In this document: positions 15,088 to 32,746 of the stretch, one piece after another
Position numbering within the stretch: position 1 is the stretch's first letter
Layout of the letters: each line of letters opens with the position of its first letter
Source of the DNA: the human T2T-CHM13v2.0 reference genome, Homo sapiens
Strand: one strand, 5' to 3'
DNA: 64,000 bases
NCBI RefSeq assembly: GCF_009914755.1
Contig: NC_060925.1
The notes under the pieces: model-generated
What the model saw: only the letters and a program-made list of their open reading frames with translations
The model's database searches: none
Told to the model about the DNA's origin: nothing
Program-made: the position numbers and the translations under genes

Positions 15088-16891
15088 AGGGTACACTTTT
15101 AAGCAGAGACACTACTTTGAAGGTCATAAAAAATATAATAAGAGATAAGGCTAATTTCCTTTAATAATAATAAAATCCTTTAATAAAAATATAAAGGAAT
15201 AATATAATAATTTTATTTAATAAAATATAATAAGAGATAAGGCTAATTTCCTTTAATAAAATATAGTAACTACATACCAACAGAATTCCAAAAAAAGAAA
15301 TGGAGAGGAAGGGAGCATGGGTCATTAATCTTGTCAAAAATATAAAATTATATACGAGGAATTCCTAGAAACTGTTTTCCTTGTCTGCGGCCATTGTGCT
15401 GCTGCTACACAACTACCGCAAGCAGCCCTTCACGCCCTCCTCCCAGTACAAAGCTAATTGACTTGTGAGAAATGTTAAGCTTGGAAGAGTCAGCATCGCT
15501 GCACTTATTTTTTATTCTACTCTGACATTAGAATAATCCTTGAGTGGGGGAAAGGTTAAAAACCCCCCTGGATAAGTGTTACTAATTAATGATGATTGTT
15601 TTAAACAATGTTTGGATAATTTTTCCTTGTCCCTTGACATAAACTTGATAAATAACTGAGAAGTGAGAAGGAGATTAGTGGGTTGATTAAATTCCATTCA
15701 GGTACTTAAAGTTAGCTCCAAAAATTTAGCTATTTGTAAATTGTCATGCATTGTTAATGTATAAGAGATGTAGATTTCATTTATCTTTGGTGGAGCGAGA
15801 TGAAGCAGTGAATCATTGAAGACTGAAAGAAAGAAAAAGGTCTTTTCCCTTTTCTTTAAGAAGCATCATTAGTTAAAAACATGTTAGTTGATACCAGAGA
15901 ACTATATTTAAAGGGACAGCAATAAGCAAATTGATTACTCTGGTGATTATTGGAGTGACATTGCCTTTTAGTTGTACTTTCACAAAAATTCACAATATTT
16001 GCCAAAGTCAAGTTATCCATTACACTATTAATTTGTCATTCTTTTGTTTATATAGTCAATCTCTATCTCAATTGGATCTATCTCAACTGCTTCTAAACAA
16101 GCCACCATAGTCTCTCCCATTTCAACAATCTCTTCCAAGTACCACTTCATTTCTTCTTTTCATATTTTTGAAAACTTTTGAAAAACTACCTATTTTCCTC
16201 CTCCATTTCTTGTTCATTCCATTCTAGTGGACATGGAATCTGTTCCTCCTCCAAAACGGAATTTGGTAACCCTTAAATTACTAAACCCAAAACAATATGT
16301 TGTCTTTATCTTTACCTCTCTGTGGCATTTAATGATAAGACCACTACTTTCTTCTCTTTTACCCTTCTTTCTTGTATTCAGTCAAACAACGTACTTACAT
16401 TTTTCGTCTTATTCTCCATCTTAGAAACCACCTCAGCTTTCTCCATTCAGCTATAAAATTGTGCTTTTCCTCAAAGATTAATCTGCCTCTCCTCTCACTC
16501 TATACTATCTCTGTTAGCTAATTTTATTTGTGCACATTGCTTATACTGGGCATTATATACACATATGCATGTGTGTACATGTGCATACACACACTGTATG
16601 TGGACATGTATATATATATATGTGTGTGTGTATATATATAGTATATATATAAATTACAATAACATAAAGGTGGCATTTTAAATTAGTGGAAATTACCCTG
16701 ATTTGATCACTACACATTCTATACATGTAAAGAAAATATCACTCTGTATCCCAAGAATATGTACAATTATGGTTTGTCAAATGAAAAAGTTCATACATTG
16801 AAAAATTTTAGATAAATATCAAACTTTCTCTGAAACTGTAACTGTAAAATGTAAAAAACAGTAATTGCTATATTGCTTATTTCTGAGTAGA

Positions 16892-16991
16892 AGAATATGA
16901 GACATTTCCCTAATCATTATGTGTAATTACAATTACATATATATATGTAATTGTAATTACACATAATGATTAGGGAAATGTCTCATATTCT
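16892..16991. repeat. Perfect 100-bp spacer-less palindrome
   Basis: All 50 base pairs checked as self-complementary about the 16941/16942 centre. Confidence 0.97.
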
Positions 16992-18066
16992 ATATATATA
17001 GACAGAAAGAGAGAAAATATATGAGGGAGAGAAGGAATCTTTCCATCTCCTTTGAGTTCCACGGTGTTGAGAGTCAGGACAACTGCAATTGCTTCATCAT
17101 GCCTGCTTGCAATTATAGGGCTTTTGAACCATTTGTTCCCTCCTTAGATATCCTCATTTTTTTCAGATTCTTGCTTAGAAGTCACTCCTCCGTGGACCTC
17201 CTCTGACATATTAAACATTGCAGTCCATTGTAAGCTGCAAGAGGACAGGGATTTTTGCCTGTTTTATTCCCTACTGTATCACCAGGGGCTACAGCAATAT
17301 CTGACAAACAGTGGGCATGTAATGAATATATGTTAAGTGAAGTAATAAATTCAATCAAATCACATCACCTGTTTAAAGCACTTCATTGGCTTCACATTGC
17401 ACTTAGAATAAAGAGAAATTCTTTTTATACAATATAAGTTCCTGCAGAATGCAGACACTTTCTACTTCTCCAGCCTCTTTTCGACTCCTCTCCTACTAGC
17501 TTCTGTATTTAAGCCACATTAGACCTTTCTTCAGTTTTTTATATAGACTTTGTCGCATCACACCTCAGAGATTCTGTACATGTTCTTCCTCCTGCCTAGA
17601 AAGGATCGTCCCTCCACTTTCGCCAACTAATCCCTGCTCAACTTTTCATCTCAGCAGGAGGCCCATTCTCTTTGGCAATCCTCTGGCCTCCAGCCCATTT
17701 ATTATATGCTCACATGTCAACATGTACTTCGTACAGCATGTAACACAATTGCACTTTTATATTTTAACAAATTATATTTCCCATATTGAACTGTAAGTCT
17801 CCTGAAAGCAGGAATTTTGTTCTTGCTCATCATCAACTTTTTCAACATCCAGTGCACCATTTAGAACTTAGATGTAGTCAATACAGGTTTGTGGAATGAA
17901 AGAGGAAAAGAAAGAATTAATATTCCTTTAAATTAGGATGGCAAAGATCGTATATAGAAAATTGGCTAAGTTGTGGTCCATTCATGTTTGCTCCCAATTA
18001 AGGAGCACAGCTATGAAAAGGAAGGCTTCAAATTAATAACCAATAGATTTTTTTAAAAAGAAAACT

Positions 18067-18357
18067 GGCCAGGTACTGTGGCTTATGTCTGTAATATCAG
18101 CATGTTGGGAGGCCAAGGCAGGATTACTTGAGCCCAGAAATTCCAGACCAGCCTGAGAATTTGGCAAAACTCTGTCTCTACAAAAAGTACAAAAATTAGC
18201 CAAGTTTGGTGGCATGTGCCTGTAGTACCAGCTACTTGGGAGGCTGAGGTGGAAGAATAGCTTGAGTCTGGGAGGTCAAGGCTGCAATGAGCTGTGATTG
18301 CACCACTGCACTCAAGCCTGGGTGGTAGAGTAAGACCCTGTCTCAAAAAAAAAAAGA
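18067..18357 (+). mobile_element. AluJ element
   Basis: Diverged dimeric Alu with J-type 'ggtcaaggctgca'. Confidence 0.85.
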
Positions 18358-21273
18358 AAAATCACTAAGCAAAATAAGACATGTGAAGGATCATGTCAAA
18401 GGTAAGAAAAATTAGGGGAACATTAAAAGCTTTCTTCCCAAGCCACTAAATCAACTTGACTAACAAAATTACCACTTGATTTAGCATTAGAAAATTACAT
18501 TACATATCAAACATAAACCCATTAATCAAATACTAAAGAAATTTCTGAGTTAAATGGTATAATGTTAGCTTATGCCAGAGCTGACCTTGAAAGATTGTTC
18601 AAATATGGCTCAGTGTGATTGAAAGTTCTGTGTGAATATGTTTTTGGAAAGATCCAACAGCAACACCTTAGTGTATGTTTTTGAAATAAAATGTATCTGA
18701 GTAGCAGCAAAGTTATTCTCAAATTTCCATTTTATAGCTGGAGATGTCATACCGTGACGTATATGATAGGACCCAATATGGATCAATCCCTTTTAGAAGT
18801 CAATCAGGAAGAGGGGAGCAGTTAAAACAGTTGCTTGGTTTACAAACATTAGAACAATTTTCTTATTCACACCATCTGATTATTGTATTTTATTTTTTCC
18901 CCAACGTTTAGACTACACAATGAGTTAAGAATGATAAAAATAAGCTCACCAATATACTATGTACATATTTACCAAAATCTGTGCATGCTTATACATATAA
19001 ACACAGCTGATAATTTATTAGTTAGGCTCATTTGTAATTTTTGTCACTATAGACCAGTTTTTTATTTAAATTGAAGATTAGTATACATTTTAAATGATTA
19101 GTCAAAATAAAAAATCTAAAATGTGCTCTAAATACCTCTTAGGTCAGAAAAAAAAAGTCAAAAGCTAGAGTATAGAGAAATTAAGAAACGCCCTAAATTT
19201 CTAATCTGACAAAAATTCATACAAGATTTAAATATTTTAATGGAAAATAGAACAGAACTAATTATTGAAGAAATTATAGAAAGGAAACAAAATAAACAGA
19301 TTATATGGAGGATTTTTAGAAGATAAGTAAATAAATTAATATACTAGGAAAAAACAAGGGAAATATACTTGATAAATAAATACAGGTAAGAGTTCTTTTG
19401 AAATAATGATAAAATAGAAAATCTCTGTCAAAACTAAAAGGAAAGATGCATAAATATATAAATAAATGATAAAAAATGTTGCATACATATATGACTTTTT
19501 CAGAATCAAAAAATTTAAATTTCTGTAATAAAATTTAAATGTTTATAAATTTAAAAAACTAGAAGAAAGAATGTTGACTGTTCACAATACAAATAAATGA
19601 CAAATATTTGAGGTGATGGATATGCTAATTATCCTTATTTGATCATTGGGCATTGTATACATGTATCAAAATATCACTCTGTATCCCATGAATATGTACA
19701 ATTATTTGTCTCAAAAACAAACAAAAAAAAAGATAATGGGAGAATGTTGAAAACTCAGAGAGAAGAGCAACTCTCACAGATAGGGATCCAGATAACATTA
19801 GCAGCTGATTTCTCGGCAGAAACCTTGAAGGCCAGCAGGCAGTGGATTATATATTTAAAATAATGAAGAAACCTGTCAATTGAGAAATATATAGCTGGAA
19901 AACTTATCCTTCAAAAATGAAGGAGAAATTAAGACATTTCCGGATTTTTTTTTAAAACTGAAAAAAATCCATTTATCCCTGAATTTGACATTCAGGAAGT
20001 GTTAAGTCCTTCAGGTTGAAATAAATGAACTCTAGGCAATAACTATGTAAGTAAATAAGCAAGCTGTATGAATATACAAAGCTCTCTGGTAAAGGTAAAT
20101 ACATAAACAAACATAAAAACAGTCCTATTGTAATTTTGGTTTGTAACTCTGCTTTTTATTTTCTACATAATTTAAAAGGCAAATGCATAAAATGTAATTG
20201 TAAATCTGTTAGCTGGTATACAATGAATAAAGATATAATTTGTCACATCAATAACATAAAAAGAGTAGAGCTATATATATAGCAGTAGAATTTTGGTATG
20301 TGATTGAACTTAAGTTGAAATAAATTCAAATTAAAATGTTATAACTCTAGGATGTTATATGTAATTCTCATAGTAACCAAAAATGAAATATATATAGAAT
20401 ATAAACAAAAGGAAATGAGACTAGAAACAAAATGTGTCACTACAAAAAAATCAACTAAAGATAAAAAAGAAATAATTGAGAAAATGATTGGCAAAAATCA
20501 GTAACTCTGACGTATTAAAACTTTCCATGCTACATAAATCTGAAAACTCTATTTCACATAAAACTGGAGCTGAAAGAAACAAATATTTACCTATAAAGTT
20601 AAAAGTTATATAGGGAACAAACACTAATTTTTTTTAGAAAAAATTATAAAAAGAGTAAAAATATGCCTTATACTACCGTAATTTCATGTTTTACAGCTCT
20701 GGGAAAATAGAAAATAAAATGTTCTGTTAGCATGAATCCCTCTGTGCCCCCAAAAAACCCTATGGATTGCATCATTATTACCTAAAAAGTCTATTCTCAA
20801 ATGCAGCAGAGTGATATTTTTTACAAGGTAGATATTAATTTTAGATATGGAATAATATTGATGATTTCAATTTTATAACACTGGGTTAAGATGAAAGAAT
20901 GAGAAGATAAAGGTCCCTCAGCAATATAACTCACAAACATGTTCAGAAGCAGTAAGAAGTTACATTAATTATCTTTTGAAAGTCGATAATCTACATCTTT
21001 AATGTATGCATATAGCATAGCTAATGTACTATCGCTGGGTCCATTTATTCAATGAATAATTGCCGCTATGTGTCAGACATTTTTCTAGGCCTAGGAATGG
21101 ATACATAAGTGAACAAAGCAAAGATTCTGGTTCTTGTAGAGTTTCCATTAAAAGACAATTTAGTAAAACTTTTCTTCCCCCAAATTATAAAATCTGTAAG
21201 ATGATTTAACAACATGTGTAAAAGTCATTGTGGGCCAGGCACGGTGGCTCATACCAGGTGTGGTGACTCATAG

Positions 21274-21543
<270 letters not shown>

Positions 21544-22087
21544 TTATTTTCTACAACTTTGGTAACTTTAGCATATACCCCAAATCTGTAAGACATAATA
21601 TTATAATTCAAATGCAACTCATGGCTTCTCTTTGTACTCTTTCTCTAGCTTTTGAATTATTTATTCTAATACCAGTTTTAATTCTGACACAAAATCATGG
21701 GAGTTCTAATCAAAATCCAACCTTTTATCATAAAAACTATGAAGAAATTATGAGTAGAATTTAAAAAGGAAAATAGGCCTATTAATTAGATTTGTCTTTG
21801 TAGCATTTAACTCTATAATAAATAATATTTTATGCCTATGAGTCCCCAACAAAGCCTCCAGCTTCTATTTAGATACAAACTGTAAAAGTCACTACTGGAT
21901 CCACAAGCAAGACTATGGTAAATAAATTTCTCCACCTAACCAGCTTCTTTTACATGATGTTACATGTTTCTTTTGTTTTTTCATTTTGGCAAATATTGAT
22001 TGTCATCTTCGTGTTTGTCTATGTCCTAAGTGCTGGGATACAGAATCTGAAAAGATGGACACAGGACCTGCCTTCAAGTTCACCCCC

Positions 22088-22420
<333 letters not shown>

Positions 22421-22879
22421 TAAGCAAGCCAGTTTTTAAAATGAGAACTGCAATTAGAGTTAAATGCTACAAAGACAAACTCACAGGAAGATGGGATGTA
22501 GAATGATAAGGCTCTCAGAATAGTAAGAGAAACTATTGCTTCTTACGATGTTTGTCTTTCTTTGTATCGGTGCTCAGCTGAGTCTGCAGTGCTTCAGAGG
22601 CAGCTTTCATTTTATAAAAATCTATGATTTCTCCTTCCAGTTGTTTTTTCTCTTCCTCGAGCTTCCTTATCTCCTCCTGTTGAATCATTTTAAGATGCTC
22701 GAACTTGTCCTGCAGCTGTGAAACCAATGTGCAGTTGTGACACCAAAGCAGTGTGGCTGAACACCTAAAAGAATACGCTTTTTTTCTGATTATCAAACAA
22801 ACCCAAATCATCACAGTAGAGCACGATCTTAATAACAATCTCAAAAACTCAGGAGTAAACACTCAGATATGGAATTTTT

Positions 22880-24487
22880 CTTTTCTTTCTTTTTTCCTTT
22901 TATAAGATGGAGTCTCACTCTGTTGCCCAGGCTGGAGTGCACTGGTGCGATCTCAGCTCACTGCAACCTCCATCTCCCAGTTCAAGTGATTCTCCTGCCT
23001 CAGCCTCTTGAGTAGCTGGGACTATAGGCATGCACCACCACTACAGGCGTGTGCCACCACACCTGGCTAATTTTTGTATTTTTAGTAGAGATGGGGTTTT
23101 GCCATGATGGCCAGGCTGGTCTCGAACTCCTGACCTCAGGTGATCCTCCCGCTTTGGCCTCCCAAAGACTTTTTTTTTTTTTTTTTAATATAGAGACAAG
23201 TTCTCAGTACGTTGCCCAGGCTGGTCTCAAACTCCTGAGCTCAAGTGATCCTCCCACCTCAGCTTCCCAAAGTGCTGGGACTGACTGGATGCAGTGGCTC
23301 ATGCTTGTAAACTCAGCACTTTGGGAGGCCAAGGTGGGAGGATCGCTTGAGCCCAGGAGTTCAAGACCAGACTGGGTGATATAACACAATAGTCAACTTC
23401 AACAGGAGAGAGAATCTGTAAACTTGAATATAGATCTTCCGAAATTATCCAGTCAGAGGACAGAGAAAAAAAGAATAAAAGAGAGAAAAGAAGGCTGGGT
23501 GTGGTGGCTCAAGCCTGTAATCCCAACACTTTGGGAGGCCGAGGCAGGCAGATTAAGAGGTCAGGAGTTCAAGACCAGCCTGTCCAACATGACAAAGCCC
23601 CATCTCTACTAAAAATACAAAAATTAGCCGGGTGTGGTGGCACACACCTGTAGTCCCAGCTACTTAGGAGGCTGAGGCAGGAGAATCGCTTGAACCCAGG
23701 AGGCGGAGGTTGGAGTGCAATGTGAGCCGAGACCACACATTACACTCCAGCCTGGGTGACAGAGCATGACTCTGTCTCAAAAAGAAAAAAAAAAGAGACA
23801 GAGAAAAGAAAGCCAACAAGACACCATTAAGCAAACCATTGTCAGGTTATGGGAGTTTGAGAAGGAAAGTAGAGAAAGGAGAATAAAGCTTATTTAAAGA
23901 ATGGCTGACAACTGCCTAAATCATGGGAAAGATTTAGACATCTAAATCCATGAAGCTTAAAGATTCCTAAAGAGGTTCAAACCAAATAGATACTCACCAA
24001 GTCACAATATAATCAAATAGTCAAAAGTTAAAGAAACTTTGCAGGTCAGGACAGAATCGAATAATACATTCAAAGTGCTGAAAGAAAAAAACTGCCAGCA
24101 ACTAATACTATGTCTGACAAAGCTGTCCTTCAGAAAGGAAAAAGAAATAACGTGTTTCCTCGACAAACAAAGCTGAGGGCATTCAGGACCACTAGGTCTA
24201 CCTTAAAAAAATGCTTAACGGAGTTTTTCAAGTAAAAATGAATGAAGTTGGGAGCGGTAGCTCATGCCTGTAATCCCATTTTGGGAGGCTGAGGTGGGTG
24301 GATCACCTGAGGTCGGGAGGTCAAGACCAGCCTGGCCAACATGGCAAAACCCCACCTCCAGTAAAAATACAAAAAATTAGCCAGGTATGAAGGCCACTGA
24401 GATCGTGCCACTGCACTCCAGCCTGGGTGACAAGAGTCAAACTACATTTCAAAAACAAAAAACAAAACAAACAAAAAAAACAAAACT
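22880..24487. mobile_element. Alu cluster (minus ~22885-23282; plus ~23285-23378, 23493-23793, 24248-24487) within an old L1 remnant
   Basis: Alu consensus text in both orientations, with A-rich L1 ORF1-like sequence between. Confidence 0.8.
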
Positions 24488-24488
24488 T

Positions 24489-28360
<3,872 letters not shown>

Positions 28361-28479
28361 TTCGGGCTTGGCGCAGAAACTCACTCCAAATAAATTACCT
28401 ATCAAAATATTTACATAATGGTGGAAATATTCCAAAATTCAATATTTTGGGATTTATACACAAAAGATAAACAAATTAG

Positions 28480-31400
28480 AGGCCAAGAGGCTGCTGGAAG
28501 GGAAAAACGGGGCCTGGAATGGCCGACGTGAGGAATGAGCTGGGCCTAAAGAGGCCACTGGCAGGCAGGAGCTGGACCTGCCGAAGTGGCCGAAAGGCAG
28601 GAGCTTTGGACTGGGGAGGCCGCAGTGAGGCGAGAGCTAGCTGGGCGTGGAGAGTCTGCTGTGAGGCCGAGGCCGAGGCCGGGCCCGTGCAGGCCTTCGA
28701 GAGGCAGGAGGCCGGGCCTGCAAAGGCCGACTGGAGATCAAGTTCTGCGCCTGAAGAGGCTGCCAAAAGTCAAAAGCGGGGCCTGGGAAGGCCGCCGAGA
28801 GCCATGAGCTGGGCTGGGCCGAAAGAGGCCACTGGGAGGCAGGAGGAGCTGGGCCTGGAGAGGCTGACTCGAGGAAGTTTTGCACCTGGAGAGGCCGTCG
28901 AGAGGACGGAGCTGGGCCCAGGGAGGCCGACTTGCTGCTCTTCCAGGCCCACTTCCAGGCCGACTTGAGGACGACTTGGGCCTGCAGAGGCCGCCGGGAG
29001 GCTGGAGCTAAGCCTGGAGAGACTGACTTCGGGACGATTTGGGCCTGCAGAGGCCGCCGGGAGGCCCAAGCTGGGCCTAGAGGAGCCCACCGACCGGAGG
29101 CCATTTGGGGCCTGCAGATGTCATCGGAGGGCCAGGAACTGAGCCTGGAGAGGCCACCGCGAGGCCTGAGCTGGGCCTGGGGAGCTTGGCTTAGGGAAGT
29201 TGTGGGCCTACCAGGGCCGCTGGGAGCTGGGCAGGAGCTGAGTCCAAAGACGTTGTTGGGACCTGGAGTCGGGCCAGAGTCCGGCCTGGAGATGCAGCCG
29301 GGAGGAAGAGCTGGGCCCGGAGGGGGCGCCGGGAGGCTGCAAGTGGGTCTGAGAGGCCAACTTGAGGAGGCCTGGCCTCTGCCTCCCGCATTGCCCAGCT
29401 GTTCCTCCTGGCTGCATCTCCCACCTCCCAGCAAACAAGCTCTTTTGGCTCAGCTCCCGCCTGCGTTTGTAGACCCCGAAGTTTCTGCAACCAAGCTCTT
29501 CAGACCCACATCCCTTCTCCCAGTGACTGAACAGTCCCAGCTCTGGCTGGAGAAGGGCGTCTGCAGACCCCGCTGTTGCCTCCCAGGGGAGTCTCCAGGC
29601 CCAGCTCTCGCCCCACCGCGACCTCCCAGGCCCAAGTCCCTGCCTACCTCCCAGCAGCCCGAGTGCGATCCTGTTCCTCCCTCACGGTGGCCTGTTGAGG
29701 CAGGGGATCACGCTGACCTCTGTCCGCGTGGGAGGGGCCGGTGTGAGGCAAAGGCTCACATTGACCTCTCTCAGCGTGGGAGGGGCCGGTGTGAGACAAG
29801 GGGCTCACGCTGACCTCTGTCCGCGTGGGAGGGGCCGGTGTGAGGCAAGGGCTCACACTGACCTCTCTCAGCGTGGGAGGAGCCAGTGTGAGGCAGGGGC
29901 TCACGCCTCTGGGCAGGGTGCCAGAGGCATGAGTTGGGCATCAACAGGCCACCGTGAGGGAGGAGCTGGGCCGCACGCGGGCTGCTGGGAGGCAGGCAGG
30001 GACTTGGCCCCGGGAGGCCGCCGTGGGGGCAAGAGCTGGGCCTGGAGAGGCCCCTGGGAGGCAAGGGAGGGGCCTGCAGAGGCTGTTCTCCAACCAGTGC
30101 TAGAACTGTACAGGCCACCAGGAGGCAGGAGGTGGGCCCTCAGAGCTTGGCTGGAGAAAGTTCGGGGCCTACAAAGGCGGTTGGGAGCTGGGCAGGAGTT
30201 GAGCCAAAAGAGCTTGCTTACTTGCTGGGAGGCAGGGCCGGGAGAGCCTGACTTCAGGACAACTTGGGCCTGCGGCGGTCGCCGGGAGGCCCAACCTTGG
30301 CGTGGAGGAGCCCACCGACCGGAGACCATTTGGGGCCTGGAGATGCCATCGGAGGGCAGGAGCTCATCCTGGAGAGGCCACCGTGAGGCCTGACCTGGGC
30401 CTGGGGAGCTTGGCTTGAGGAAGCTGTGGGCCGACCAAGGCCGCCAGGAGATGGGTAGGCACTGAGTCCAAAGAGGTTGTTGAGAGGCAGGAATCGGGCC
30501 TGGAGACCCAACCAGGAAGAAGAGCTGGGCCCGGAGAGAACGCCCGGAGGGTGCAAGTGGGTCTGGAGAGGCCGACTTGAGGAGGTTCTGGGCCCGGAGA
30601 GGCCGCCGGAAGGGAAAAACTGGGCCTGGAAAGGCCGTTGTCAGGAATGAGCCCCATGGGCCTGAAGAGGCCACTGGCAGGCGGGAGCTGGGCCTGCCGA
30701 AGCGGCCGAGAGGCAGGAGCTTTGGACTCGGGAGGCCGCAGTGAAGCAACAGCTAGCTGGGCGTGGAGAGTCCGCTGTGAGGCAGAGGCTGGGCCTGTGC
30801 AGGCCTTCGGGAGGCAGGAGGCTGGGCCTTGTCGAGGCCTGCAGAGGCCACCGAAAGTCAAAAGCGGGGCTTGGGAAGGCCGCCGGGAGGCATGAGCTGG
30901 GCTGGGCCGAAAGAGGCCACTGGGAGGCAGGAGGAGCTGGGCCTGGAGAGGCTGCCGAAAGGCAGGAGCTTCGCCTGAGGATGCCACAGTGAGACACCAT
31001 CTGGGTCTGGAGGGTCCACTGTGAGGCAGAGGCTGACCTGTAGAGTCCGACAGTAGACAGAAGTTGGGCAAAAGCCTGATTTGAGGAAGTTTTGGGCTTC
31101 AAGAGTCAGCCACGAGGCAGGCACTAGGCCTGGAAATGGCCTCACAGTCATGAGTTGGGCCTAAATGGGCCACTGTGAGGGAGGAGCTGTGCCTGTTGAG
31201 GCTGCTGGCAGGCAGGCAGAAATTTGGCCTGGGGCAGCTGCCATGAGGCAAGAGCTGGGCCTGGAAAAAGCCCCTGGGAGGCAAGAGCAGGGCCTGCAGA
31301 GGCTGTTCTCAAGTCAAAGCTGGGCCTGTTGATGCCACCGGGAAGCAGAAGGTGGGCCTGGAGAGTTTGACTTGAGGAAGTTTTGGGCCTACATTGGCCG

Positions 31401-32325
31401 CCATGAGCTGGACAGGAACTGGGCCAAAAAAGGCTGTTGTGAGGCAGCAGTTGTGCCTGTAGACCCAGCCAAGAGGAAGAGGTGGGCCTGGAGAAGCCCC
31501 CATGAGGCAGAGGTTGGGCCTGTAGACGCTGACAGGAGGCAGGAGCTGGGCCTGGACAGGTCAACTTGAGGAGATTTTGGGCCTTCATAGGCCACCAGGA
31601 GGCAGCAGTTGGGACTAGAGAGTCTGACTTGAGTAAGTTTTGGGCCCGGAGATGACGTCCTGGGACAGGAGTTGGGCGTGGAGAGGCCACCGTGAGGCAT
31701 AAGCTGGATGTAGAGAGGCCAGTGTGAGGCAAGACCTGGGCCTGTCTAGGCTGCTGGGAGACAGGCAGGAATCTGGCCAGGGAAGGTTGCCATGAGACAA
31801 AAGTTGGGCCTGGAAAGGCCCTTGTGAAGCATGAGCTTGGCCTAAAGAGGCCACTGGGTGGCAGGAGCTAGGTGTGTAGAAGCTGCTGAAAGGTTGGGAG
31901 CTTGGCTTGGGGGGTCCACAGTGAGGTAGATGCTGGGCGTGAAGAATCTGCTGTGAGGCAGACTTTGGGACTGTAGAGGCTGACGGGAGGCAGAGGCTGG
32001 GCCTGGAGGGGCCACCAAGATGCAGGAGCTGGGCCTGGAGAGGCTGCAAAGAAGCATGAGCTGGGCCTGGTGAGGTCGACTTGAGAAAGTTCAGGGCCTG
32101 GAGAGAAGGCTGGGAGGCAGGAGCTGGGTCTAAAGAGGCCATTGTAACGATGGAGCTGTGCCTGTGGAGGCTGTTGTGAGGCAGTAGGCTCATCTGCGGA
32201 GGCTGCCGTGACATAGGGTATGGGCCTAAATAGGCCATTGTGAGTCATGAGCTTGGTCTGTAGAGGCTGACTGGAGAAAGTTCTGGGCCTGGAGAGGCTG
32301 CCGGGAGGTAGGAGCTGGGCCAAAA
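28480..32325. repeat. Degenerate GC-rich tandem repeat, ~32-bp monomer (ggaggcaggagctgggcctggagaggccgccg), with higher-order duplications
   Basis: The motif recurs throughout; blocks 28485-28870 ~ 30598-30955 and 29015-29370 ~ 30240-30585. Confidence 0.85.
29693..29908. repeat. 48/49-bp minisatellite (VNTR), ~4.3 units
   Basis: 'gtgtgag' unit starts at 29741, 29789, 29838 and 29886; two variants alternate. Confidence 0.92.
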
Positions 32326-32329
32326 GATG

Positions 32330-32746
32330 TAAGCACATTTGCATTTATTAGGCACTTTATTTCCATTATTACACTGTAATATATAATAAAATAATTATAG
32401 AACTCACCATAATGTAGAATTAGTGGGCGTGTTAAGCTTGTTTTCCTGCAACTGAATGGTCCCACCTGAGCGTGATGGGAGAAAGTGACAGATCAATAGG
32501 TATTAGATTCTCATAAGGACAGCGCAACCTCGATCCCTCACATGCACGGTTCACAACAGGGTGCGTTCTCCTATGAGCATCTAATGCTGCTGCTCATCTG
32601 AGAAGGTGGAGCTCAGGTGGGAATGTGAGCAAAGGGGAGTGGCTCTAAATACAGACGAAGCTTCCCTCACTCCCTCACTCGACACCGCTCACCTCCTGCT
32701 GTGTGGCTCCTTGCGGCTCCATGGCTCAGGGGTTGGGGACCCCTGC
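32330..32746. mobile_element. MER1A-like hAT DNA transposon remnant (repeated in each array unit; diverged copy ~46290-46740)
   Basis: 'attagattctcataagga...gcaacctagatccctc' and terminal 'ggggttggggacccctg'. Confidence 0.75.

Noticed and set aside
22716-22862. N-terminal part of the 109-aa septin ORF
   Set aside because: It lies upstream of the splice acceptor and is intronic read-through, not septin sequence.
29693-29908. Regular repeats resembling a CRISPR array
   Set aside because: Units are contiguous with no unique spacers, the context is primate DNA, and there are no cas genes.
28476-32344. Many long overlapping ORFs (up to 293 aa) on both strands
   Set aside because: Expected from a GC-rich, stop-poor tandem repeat. 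Frames shift constantly, many start at non-ATG codons, and there is no recognisable domain.
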